The translations under genes and the position numbers were made by a program. The notes under the pieces were generated by a model that was not told the DNA's origin, searched no databases, and saw nothing but the letters and a program-made list of their open reading frames with translations. A stretch of DNA of 64,000 nt, taken from NCBI GenBank assembly GCA_963779755.1, contig CAVZZO010000001.1, positions 2,240,001-2,304,000 on the forward strand, given 5' to 3'. Shown in pieces: positions 1-8,142 of the stretch (its first letter is position 1; the number at the start of each line of letters is the position of its first letter). The stretch is from an uncultured Gemmatimonadales bacterium (GTDB taxonomy: Bacteria; Gemmatimonadota; Gemmatimonadetes; Gemmatimonadales; GWC2-71-9).

Positions 1-302
1 TCGCGCCCCGCGGCCAGGACGGCGGTGACCGACCCCAGGCTGTCACCGGTCGCATGATCGCGCAGCGTCAGCACCCTCGATCCGGTCGCCAGCGAGGCGA
101 AGTCCGATGCCTGCGTGTTGCCGATGGCCTGCAGGATCGTCTTTCCATCAGCGGCCAGGTCGATACTGGGGACTCCCTGGCTGCCGTTCACGACCCGCAG
201 GCTGGCCGTCGTGGGCGGTGGTGGAGCGGTGGTGTCCTGGCTGCTGCAGGCGCCCAGGACCAGGCAGAGTGTCGCCGCGGCGGCGAGGTACGAACGTGGC
301 AT
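1..302 (-). CDS. Partial lipoprotein (DUF4397-like beta-sandwich), runs off the left edge; not in the ORF track
   Basis: Manual translation from ATG at 302: MPRSYLAAAATLCLVLGAC-SSQDTTAPPPPTTASLRVVNGSQGVPSIDLAADGKTIL..., with no stop to the window edge. Lipobox LGAC, GGAG upstream; LRVVN..S...P..D resembles the DUF4397 N-terminus. Confidence 0.75.
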   Translation of the reverse strand, partial: MPRSYLAAAATLCLVLGACSSQDTTAPPPPTTASLRVVNGSQGVPSIDLAADGKTILQAIGNTQASDFASLATGSRVLTLRDHATGDSLGSVTAVLAAGR

Positions 303-399
303 GGCCGGCTCCGGAGGGTGAGAGGCGGCGGCCCCCGTGGCCGCCGCTGTACCAGAGACTCCGCAAGCCCTTACGCGGTCACATGGGGGGAAGTGACGG

Positions 400-972
400 A
401 TGACGGTCATGGCGGGTCTTCACGTTGTGGACGACACCGATGAACGTCTGGTGTCCCGGGCGGCGGGAGGAGACCACGCGGCCTTCGGGCGGCTGATGGT
501 GCGCTACCGGCCCCGGTTCGCCCGCTACGCCTGCCATATGCTGGGCAATGTAGCCGATGCCGAAGAAGTGCTGCAGGAGTCCTTCATCCGTGCCTGGCGG
601 TCGCTCCCGCGCTGCGCGCATCCGGATCGGTTCGATGCCTGGCTCTTTCAGATCGTGGCCAACCGCTGCCGGACCGCTCTGGCGCGCCGGCGCCGGCGTA
701 ACGAGGTGGCCCTGCCGGCTCCCGAGACGGCGGTCCTGGTCGACGGCGCGCCGGCGCCGCCCGAGCGGACGGCCTGGCGGGAGGAAATCTCGCGGGCGCT
801 GGCACGGTTGCCGGTAGAGCAACGGGAGGCCTTTCTGCTGAAGCATGTCGAAGAGTTGAGCTACGACGAAATGGCTGCGCTGACCGGTGCGGGGACCAGC
901 GCGCTCAAGATGCGGGTGAAGCGCGCCTGCGAGGCGCTGCGCCGCTCGCTCGGCGAGGTCTATAGTGGCTGA
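400..972 (+). CDS. ECF RNA polymerase sigma-70 factor (start 400 or 409)
   Basis: Region 2 (DAEEVLQESFIRAW, WLFQIVANRCR) and region 4 (LPVEQREAFLL..VEELSYDEMA..TG....ALKMRVKRA). Confidence 0.95.
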   Translation: MTVMAGLHVVDDTDERLVSRAAGGDHAAFGRLMVRYRPRFARYACHMLGNVADAEEVLQESFIRAWRSLPRCAHPDRFDAWLFQIVANRCRTALARRRRRNEVALPAPETAVLVDGAPAPPERTAWREEISRALARLPVEQREAFLLKHVEELSYDEMAALTGAGTSALKMRVKRACEALRRSLGEVYSG

Positions 973-1522
973 CGACCCCGAACTGGGCCGCGTGCTCGCC
1001 CGCGCCGTGGCGGAGCTGCGGCGGCCGGTGGCGATCGACGAATCCCTTGACCGGCGGGTGCTGGAGGCCCTTCGCCGCCGCCCCGGCTGGGCCGCGCGGT
1101 GCTGGGCCTGGCTGCGCACCCCCCGCACCCTTCGGGTGTCGCCGCTCTCGCTGGCGGCGGGGGGCGTGGTCGTTCTGGCGCTCTTCCTGGCCGTGGCAGG
1201 GCGTCGTGGCGGTTCCGCCCCCGGCCAACTGGTGGCCCTGCCGTCCGGCGGCGAGCCGGTGCAGTTCGTCCTGACCGCGCCGCGCGCGTCCAGCGTGCAC
1301 CTGGTGGGCGACTTCAACGACTGGGATGCCGCGGCCACGCCTCTGCGGCACGAGCGGGGCGCGGTCTGGTCGGTCACCATCCCGCTCCTCCCGGGCCGCT
1401 ACCGCTATACCTTTGTGGTGGACGGACGCCGGTGGGTGGCCGATCCCGGCAAACCGCCCGCCCTGGGCGACGATTTCGGCCGGCCCACGTCCGTGATCAC
1501 CGTGCTGACAGGACAGACATGA
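965..1522 (+). CDS. Single-TM protein with C-terminal CBM48/isoamylase early-set (AMPK-beta-like glycogen-binding) domain; putative anti-sigma factor
   Basis: GTG start overlaps the sigma gene. Short N-terminal segment, TM helix LAAGGVVVLALFLAVAG, then VHLVGDFNDW...WSVTIPLLPGRYRYTFVVDGRRWVADP...DDFG. Confidence 0.85.
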   Translation: MADDPELGRVLARAVAELRRPVAIDESLDRRVLEALRRRPGWAARCWAWLRTPRTLRVSPLSLAAGGVVVLALFLAVAGRRGGSAPGQLVALPSGGEPVQFVLTAPRASSVHLVGDFNDWDAAATPLRHERGAVWSVTIPLLPGRYRYTFVVDGRRWVADPGKPPALGDDFGRPTSVITVLTGQT

Positions 1523-2160
1523 CGGTCCCACGGTTGCTGCTGCTTCCCATGCTGGCGGTTTGCCTCAGCCATCCCCTTCGGGCCCAGACGGACCGGCTCG
1601 ACGGGAGGCTCGATCCCGCCACCAGATCGGCGGTCGGCGCGCTGGTGGACTCTGCGCGCGCCCAGGGCCTGCCGGTCCGGCCGCTGCAGCTCAAGGCCAT
1701 GGAAGGGGCGAGCAAGCATGCGCCCCCGGAGCGTATCGTGCTGGCCGTACGCACCCTGTGGCACGGGCTGGCCCAGGCACGCGAGGCGCTCGGCGCCGCG
1801 TCCGGCGAGGACGAGCTGGTGGCCGGCGCGGCCGCCCTGCGCGCCGGCGTCACCCCCGGAGTGCTCCGATCCCTGCGGCAGAGCCGCTCCTCGGTGGCGG
1901 TGCCGCTGGCGGTGCTCACCGATCTGGTGGCGCGGGGCGTGTCCGTGGATTTCTCCAGCCGCTCCGTGGAGACCCTGGCCGAACGCCACGCGACCGATGC
2001 CCAGTTCCTTGCCCTGCGGCAGGGGGTCGAGGCCGATATCGCCGCCGGCATCCCGGCCAGCCTGGCCGTGTCGGAGCGGCTGAAAGGCATGCCGGCTGCG
2101 GGCCCCCCGGGGGGAGCCACGCCGGCCGCAAGCGGGTTGGGTGATGGGTCCAAACCGTAG
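1519..2160 (+). CDS. Secreted alpha-helical hypothetical protein
   Basis: ATGA overlap with the upstream stop; signal peptide MTVPRLLLLPMLAVCLSHPLRA-Q. The track ORF from 1099 is over-extended. Confidence 0.75.
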   Translation: MTVPRLLLLPMLAVCLSHPLRAQTDRLDGRLDPATRSAVGALVDSARAQGLPVRPLQLKAMEGASKHAPPERIVLAVRTLWHGLAQAREALGAASGEDELVAGAAALRAGVTPGVLRSLRQSRSSVAVPLAVLTDLVARGVSVDFSSRSVETLAERHATDAQFLALRQGVEADIAAGIPASLAVSERLKGMPAAGPPGGATPAASGLGDGSKP

Positions 2161-3331
2161 ACCGGCCGTCGCCGGCGCGCTGGTCTTCCTGCTGGCCGGA
2201 GCATCCGCCCGGGGCGCGCGCGCCCAGTCGGCCGGGTTCAGCCTGGAGGCGGGCACCGGCGCCACCGAGTGGGAGGCGCAGCCGAGCCGCACGGTGGTGT
2301 CGGTGGCGCCGGGGGTCTGGTGGGAGAACGGCTGGAGCCGGCTGCGGGCCGAGGCGGTCTACAGTGCCCAGGCCGATCAGGGATGGGCGCTGGACGGCGG
2401 CATGAACGGCGCATTGCTGCTTCCGTCGCTGGGGCCGCTCCGGCCCGAGATCGGCGCGCTGGCCGACTGGAGCGGCTACCAGTACTACCGGGGTTCCCAG
2501 CTGCTGCAGGCGTCCGGCCGGCTGTACGCCGGCGCCGGTGCTCGCGGCGCCTGGATCGGTGCCGGGCTCGGGCGGGCGTCGAATCGTGGCATCCACAACT
2601 CGCTGGTTCACCTGGAGAGCGGCGTCTGGGGCAGAGTGGGGCCATTCGATCTGCGGGTCACGCTGTCACGAACCTCGTTCCAGGACAGCACGCCGGGCGA
2701 GCGGATCACGGTCGATTCCGGCGGCGGTTTTGCCGTCACCCCGTCGCGGCGCTTCCTGCGGAGCTACAGCGATGCCTGGGCCGCGGTCCAGTGGCACACC
2801 CGCTGGGTCGAGTTGGACGCCGGGGTGGGACAGCGATTCGGCCAGCCCGAGTTCGTCGCCACCAGCTGGTTCACCAGCGCGGCACTCCATCTCACCGGCC
2901 TCGCCGATCTGGTGGCCGCCTTCGGACGCTACCCCTCGGATGTGGCGGCCTATCGGCTGGGCGGCCGATACGCAACCGTGTCCCTCCGCGTCCGGATGCC
3001 GGTCGCCAGCTCGGGTGCCGCCTACGGCACCACACCGGCCGCACGGGCCGCTTCCGCATTCCAGCTGCAGCCCACCGCGCCGGGCCGGTATCGGCTGGCG
3101 ATCGAAGCGCCGGGTGCCGGGCAGGTCGAGATCATGGGCGATTTCAGCGAGTGGCAGCCGCTGGAACTCGCGCCCGAGGGCGCCGGGCGCTGGACGGTCC
3201 TGCTCGCCCTGACGCCGGGCCTGCATCGCATTAACGTTCGGATAGACGGTGGGACCTGGACGGTGCCGGCAGGCACCGCGCCGGTCGAAGACGAATTCGC
3301 CGGCCGGGTGGGGGTGTTCGTGGTGGAGTAG
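2144..3331 (+). CDS. Probable outer-membrane beta-barrel protein with C-terminal CBM48-like glycogen-binding domain
   Basis: Signal peptide ending ARA-Q; alternating aromatic/Gly beta-strands; C-terminal VEIMGDFSEW...WTVLLALTPGLHRINVRIDGGTW...EDEFAG. Confidence 0.75.
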   Translation: MGPNRRPAVAGALVFLLAGASARGARAQSAGFSLEAGTGATEWEAQPSRTVVSVAPGVWWENGWSRLRAEAVYSAQADQGWALDGGMNGALLLPSLGPLRPEIGALADWSGYQYYRGSQLLQASGRLYAGAGARGAWIGAGLGRASNRGIHNSLVHLESGVWGRVGPFDLRVTLSRTSFQDSTPGERITVDSGGGFAVTPSRRFLRSYSDAWAAVQWHTRWVELDAGVGQRFGQPEFVATSWFTSAALHLTGLADLVAAFGRYPSDVAAYRLGGRYATVSLRVRMPVASSGAAYGTTPAARAASAFQLQPTAPGRYRLAIEAPGAGQVEIMGDFSEWQPLELAPEGAGRWTVLLALTPGLHRINVRIDGGTWTVPAGTAPVEDEFAGRVGVFVVE

Positions 3332-3370
3332 GGCGCCGCGCACCGGGGGCACTCGTGGGAAAGGTGGAAC

Positions 3371-3847
3371 ATGCGCGGTGTGAAGATTCTGTTTCTGCTG
3401 CTGGCCGGCATCGCCGCGGGGGCCTGCAGCGGTACACTGGGGCCGGGAGGCAAACCGGTCGTGAGCGCCCGCCTGGGCGAGGACTTCCAGTTGCAGCTGG
3501 GCCAGTCCGCCACGGTGGGCGGCAGCTTCTTCCAGATCTATTTCCGGGGCGTGCCGGAGGATACGCGCTGCCCCCAGGGGGCGCTCTGCATTTCGCCCGG
3601 CAATGCGCGGACCGAGTACACCGCCTGGTCCGGCGGATTGCAGGCCCCGCTGGTGATCAACACCAATCCGGCCGAGGCGGGGCAGGGCAGCGCCGGCCTG
3701 TGCGGAACCCCTCCGACGCCCTGCGGTACGGTGCCGCCGTATGAAATTCTGCTGATCGCGCTCGAGCCCTACCCCACCATCGGCGGCACCATCACCGCCG
3801 ACCAGTACCGGGTCACGCTCCGGGTCCAGAATACTCCCACGCCGTAG
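3371..3847 (+). CDS. Hypothetical lipoprotein with Cys pairs
   Basis: Lipobox AGAC; motif F.L.LGQ.A...EDTRCPQGALC; purine-rich RBS AAGGTGG. Confidence 0.75.
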   Translation: MRGVKILFLLLAGIAAGACSGTLGPGGKPVVSARLGEDFQLQLGQSATVGGSFFQIYFRGVPEDTRCPQGALCISPGNARTEYTAWSGGLQAPLVINTNPAEAGQGSAGLCGTPPTPCGTVPPYEILLIALEPYPTIGGTITADQYRVTLRVQNTPTP

Positions 3848-3859
3848 GGATCCGGCACC

Positions 3860-5902
3860 TCAGGGAACGGCACGGTCCGCCGGGCTGTCGCTCCCAGGGC
3901 TGTCCACCGCGGGCCCGGGCCACTGCTCCCGGCGGTGCGGCGCGATTTTCATGATTTCCGCCCAGATCGGTGCCGCGATTCTCCCCCCGGTGGCCGAAGT
4001 GTCCGGCAGAATCGGGCGGGGCTGGTCGAAACCGACCCAGACGCCGGCGAGGTAGTCGGGCGTCATCCCGATAAACCAGGCGTTGGTGGTCCCGTTGGTA
4101 GTGCCGGTCTTGCCCGCCACCGGGCCGGCATAGCCATGGCGCCGGATCGCGATCGCGGTGCCCCGTTCCACCACCTGCTGCAGCATGCCGCGCAGAGTCT
4201 GTGCGGTACCCGGAGTGATACCGGCCGCCGTAGCGGCCGGCCGCAACACGACGCTGTCCCCCGCCGCGTCTTCCACCACCCGGATCAGCCTGGGCCGGAC
4301 GCTCCGGCCGTCGCCTCGCGCCAGTGGTGCATAGGCGGCGATGAGATCGACCGGGTGTACGTCCTCGGAGCCGAGCAGCATGGCTGGTCGCGGGACCAGC
4401 GTGTCCACGTAACCCATGGCCCGGGCGGTGGCGGCCACCCGGGCCGGGCCCAGCCGCATGCCGAGCCGTACGGTGGCCCGGTTGAGGGAGCGCGCCAGGG
4501 CCGATTCCAGGGTGACGGTCCCGTTGCGTTCCTTCGCATTGTAGTTCTGCGGCCGCCAGATGTTACCGGCCGGCATCCGGACTTCAATGGGCTCATCGCT
4601 GATCGGGTCGTCCGGACTCATCCCCAGCTCCAGCGCCGTCGCGTACACGAAGGGCTTGAAAGCGGATCCGGGTTGGCGCCACGCCTGCGTCATGCGGTTG
4701 AACGGCGACTCGGCGAAGGACCGGCCGCCGATCAGGACCAGCACGTCCCCGCTGTCGGGATCGAACACCGCCAGGCCCGCCTGGAGATAGGGCGTGGCCG
4801 CCAGGCCGCGAGCCGCCGGCCCGGTGCCGCGTCTCGGTGCGGGAACGACCCCCGGCCCGGATTCCAGGCGGACCATCTGCTGTTCGAGCACGCGTTCGGC
4901 TTGCTGCTGGAAGGGCGCGTCCAGCGTGGTGTGTATGTGGTAGCCGCCGCGATACAGATCAGGGCCGAGACGTAGCTGCAGATCCCGGCGAACCGCCTCC
5001 AGGAAGTAGGGGCCCACGGTCGCATCGGCGCGGAACGGCTCGCCGCTTTCATCGGCCAGGCGGATGGGCTCGTGCCGCGCCTCCTGCCATTCGTCGTCCT
5101 GCAGCCATCCCAGCTCGTGCATGCGGTCGAGGACCGTATTGCGCCGCGCCCGCGCCCGCGCGGGAGCGCGGTAGGGGTCGCCCACCGAGGGCGCGTGGGC
5201 CAGGCCGGCCAGCAGCGCGGCTTCCCCCACCGAGAGGGCGCCGGCGGGCTGCCCGAAATAGATCCGGGCCGCTGCATCCACCCCGTAGGCGCCGTGCCCC
5301 AGGTAAATGGTGTTGAGATAGTCCTGGAGGATGGTGTCCTTGGGGAATTCATCCTCGATGGCGCGGGCCGCGCGGATCTCGCGGATCTTCCGCTCGAAGG
5401 TGCGCTCCCGCGGCGGCAGTATCGTGGGATAGACATTGCGCGCCAGCTGCATGGTGATGGTGCTGGCGCCCTGGACGGTTTCTCCCTCGCGCAGGTTTGC
5501 CAGCATGGCGCCAAGGACGCGGCGGAAATTGACCCCATGATGCCGATAGAACCGCGCATCCTCGATGGCCAGGAAGGCGCGGGGCAGGTAGGCGGGCATC
5601 TCCTCCAGGGAGGCGACGCGGCGGTATTCGGTAAAGAAGCGCCCGATCTCGCGGCCCTCGCGATCGTAGACGATCGACGCCTGGTTGGGCTGGAATTGGC
5701 GCAGAAGGTCGAGGTTGACGCAGGGCCCGGCGCAGAGCGCCCGATAGTAGTGCCAGGCCCATCCGGCGGCGGCGCCCAGGACAATGAGCAGGACGCCGAG
5801 CACCCCCAGCAGGACCGACAGGATTCGGCGTCGGGTCCCGCCGCCCGATCGGGGCGGGGCGGGAGCGGGAGGGGTCGGCTGGTTGAGGGGCTGATCAGCC
5901 AT
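3860..5902 (-). CDS. Class A penicillin-binding protein (PBP1A family)
   Basis: Transglycosylase motifs EDARFYRHHG, QGASTITMQLARN, RKIRE; transpeptidase motifs SAFK, SLN, KTGT. Confidence 0.95.
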   Translation of the reverse strand: MADQPLNQPTPPAPAPPRSGGGTRRRILSVLLGVLGVLLIVLGAAAGWAWHYYRALCAGPCVNLDLLRQFQPNQASIVYDREGREIGRFFTEYRRVASLEEMPAYLPRAFLAIEDARFYRHHGVNFRRVLGAMLANLREGETVQGASTITMQLARNVYPTILPPRERTFERKIREIRAARAIEDEFPKDTILQDYLNTIYLGHGAYGVDAAARIYFGQPAGALSVGEAALLAGLAHAPSVGDPYRAPARARARRNTVLDRMHELGWLQDDEWQEARHEPIRLADESGEPFRADATVGPYFLEAVRRDLQLRLGPDLYRGGYHIHTTLDAPFQQQAERVLEQQMVRLESGPGVVPAPRRGTGPAARGLAATPYLQAGLAVFDPDSGDVLVLIGGRSFAESPFNRMTQAWRQPGSAFKPFVYATALELGMSPDDPISDEPIEVRMPAGNIWRPQNYNAKERNGTVTLESALARSLNRATVRLGMRLGPARVAATARAMGYVDTLVPRPAMLLGSEDVHPVDLIAAYAPLARGDGRSVRPRLIRVVEDAAGDSVVLRPAATAAGITPGTAQTLRGMLQQVVERGTAIAIRRHGYAGPVAGKTGTTNGTTNAWFIGMTPDYLAGVWVGFDQPRPILPDTSATGGRIAAPIWAEIMKIAPHRREQWPGPAVDSPGSDSPADRAVP

Positions 5903-5943
5903 GCCGGACGGTAGAGCACCCCGCGCTCAGGGCGCAACCGGAC

Positions 5944-7911
5944 TCAGCGGCCGTAGAGGCTGCGGTAGAGCGCGAGGTTGCGTTCGATGGCCCGGACGTA
6001 GTCGCGGGTTTCGTTGAACCCGATATGCTCGACGAACAACTCGGGATCGTCGGGGAGGCCGCTGCTCCATCGCCGCACCCGGCTGGACCCGGCATTGTAG
6101 GCGGCCAGGGTGCGATAGACGTTCCCCTGGTGCCGCTGCAGCTGCAGGGCCAGGTAGTGCACGCCCAGCTGCAGGTTCAGGATGGGGTCGAGCAGGCGCT
6201 CGGTGCTGTAGCCGGTGACCTGCAGGGTCCGGGCGAGCTGACGACCCGTCGCGGGCATCACCTGCATCAAGCCCAGCGCCCCCGCCGAGGAGGTCGCCGA
6301 GGCCGTCCACATCGACTCCTGGCGGATGAGCGCGGCGATCAGAGGCAACTCCAGGCCCGCCGCCGAAGCCTCTCGGCTCAGATCGTCCTGCCAGCCCAGG
6401 GGGTAAAGCAGGCGATAGGTGCGGGCGTCGGCCGGGGCGCCGGCGGCCAAGGCGCGCCAGGTGAGCTTGATCGCCTGGGACATTTCGCCGGCATCGCGGA
6501 AGGCATCGGCTTCGGCCAGCAGCGCCTCGGCCGACCCTCCGGCCTGGCCGATGATCGCCTCCCGTTCCAGCCCCTGTTCTTCGGTCATGCTGAGACGGCC
6601 CAATAGCGTGATCCGTTCCAGGGCCGAATCGAGCCCGTCCATCTGCGCGAAACGATCCGCGGCGGCCGGTGGCGCCCAGGGCGCCACGCCGAGGCGGCGG
6701 GCGCTCAGCACCGCGTAATAGGACAGGCTGTCGTCGTGGAGAACGGTGCGCCAGCGGGCGTGCGCGTGGAGAGTATCGCCCAGCGCCTCATAGGCGCGCC
6801 CCGCCCAGTACCCCGCGGCAATGCCCGGCTCGCTGCGGGGGTAGCGGGCGTGGAGTTCGTCCCAGGCGTGGGCGGCCTCCGCGCTGCGCCCCTGATCCCA
6901 GCTGACCAGGGCCGCCAGCATTCGGGCGCGCGGTGCCAGGCTGCTCTGGGGATAGCGGGTGGCGAGCTGCAGCCATTCGCGCCGCGCCGCGGCACTGTCC
7001 GCCTTGCCGGCCGAGCGGTCGGCCAGCATGAAGAGCGCCCGGGAGGCGGTCGCGGAATTGTCGCGGTAGCGGGTGGCGATGTCGTGCCAGAGGCGTTCGG
7101 CCTCGCTTGCCCGGCCCAGCCGCAGTTCCGATCGGGACTCGAGGTAGAGCCCCTCGGCTTTCCGGGGCGACCGGCCCGGTATGGTGGACCAGACCTTGAT
7201 GGCTTCGGTGTGCCGGCCCACCGCCGCAAGGGCGCTTCCCCAGAGAATGCGATCGCCGTCGGTCAGCCCGGAACTCTGGCGGGCCCGGTGGAAGAGCGGG
7301 GCGGCCGCCTGGTTCCTGCCGGTCCGGGCGGAGGCCCGGGCCAGCGCCAGCGCCTCGCCGGTGGAATAGGTCGAGAACGAGGCCAGAAAGAGGTCGGCGG
7401 CATCGCCGGCGGCGGCGGAGGGCTGCTCCACCATGACGAGCAGGCCGGCGCGGGCGGATCGGCGGGCGCTGGAGTCGTCCGACAGAAGCCGGGTGCGGTA
7501 GGCATCCAGCACCCATCCCAGCGCTTCGTATCCCCGGGCCGCACCGAGGTAGTCTCCAGCCCCCTCCCGGGCACGCGCCTCGGCGACAGGAATGCGGTGG
7601 CGGGCGAGCCGGCCGGACACCCGGGCATAGAGCGCCGCCCGGGCGGTACTGTCCGGAGTCAGCTGTGCCGCCCGCAGGAGGAGCCAGTCCGAAACCGAGG
7701 GCAGCCGGGTGGCCGCCTCCAGGTATACCCGGCGCGCGAGGTCGTTATCGCCGGCCTGCACGGCGGCATGCGCGCTGAGCACGGCGGCCACCGGGTCGTC
7801 CACCGGGCCCGGGCGGGGTGAGGCATGGACTGTCAGCGGGAGGAGAAGCCCGGCGGCCAGGGCCATCAGGCTGGAGCGTACGCGGAGGGAGGTCGTGCCG
7901 GTCAGGAGCAT
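5944..7911 (-). CDS. Soluble lytic transglycosylase (Slt70-like, TPR/helical N-terminus)
   Basis: Signal peptide; C-terminal IRQES, GALGLMQVMPATG, AAYNAG, ETRDYV. Confidence 0.93.
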   Translation of the reverse strand: MLLTGTTSLRVRSSLMALAAGLLLPLTVHASPRPGPVDDPVAAVLSAHAAVQAGDNDLARRVYLEAATRLPSVSDWLLLRAAQLTPDSTARAALYARVSGRLARHRIPVAEARAREGAGDYLGAARGYEALGWVLDAYRTRLLSDDSSARRSARAGLLVMVEQPSAAAGDAADLFLASFSTYSTGEALALARASARTGRNQAAAPLFHRARQSSGLTDGDRILWGSALAAVGRHTEAIKVWSTIPGRSPRKAEGLYLESRSELRLGRASEAERLWHDIATRYRDNSATASRALFMLADRSAGKADSAAARREWLQLATRYPQSSLAPRARMLAALVSWDQGRSAEAAHAWDELHARYPRSEPGIAAGYWAGRAYEALGDTLHAHARWRTVLHDDSLSYYAVLSARRLGVAPWAPPAAADRFAQMDGLDSALERITLLGRLSMTEEQGLEREAIIGQAGGSAEALLAEADAFRDAGEMSQAIKLTWRALAAGAPADARTYRLLYPLGWQDDLSREASAAGLELPLIAALIRQESMWTASATSSAGALGLMQVMPATGRQLARTLQVTGYSTERLLDPILNLQLGVHYLALQLQRHQGNVYRTLAAYNAGSSRVRRWSSGLPDDPELFVEHIGFNETRDYVRAIERNLALYRSLYGR

Positions 7912-7973
7912 GAATAGATGTGAAGTATTACTTGATGTCTGATATTGGAACTCATTTTCCAGCTATCTATTGC

Positions 7974-7982
7974 ATTATATCA
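7974..7982 (-). promoter_or_regulatory. Extended -10 promoter (TGnTATAAT) for the slt-PBP operon
   Basis: Minus strand reads TGATATAAT about 60 bp upstream of the slt ATG, inside an AT-rich patch. Confidence 0.6.
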
Positions 7983-8142
7983 TCCACACGCGTTCTGCGC
8001 GAACTTATCGCGCCCCTTCTGGCGGCGTTGCGTTTCCCAACCGCCGGGTTAGCTTCCGCGCGCCATCGGCTGCCGCGCCGCTTTCATGGTGGTTCCGATG
8101 GTGGCCCCTTGTGGCCGACTTCCCTCCCCGATGGAGCCCCTG

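Noticed and set aside
7912..7990. AT-rich patch as oriC or a dif site
   Set aside because: Only one imperfect DnaA box, no dnaA/dnaN context and no XerD arm (TTATGTTAAAT); better explained as a promoter region.
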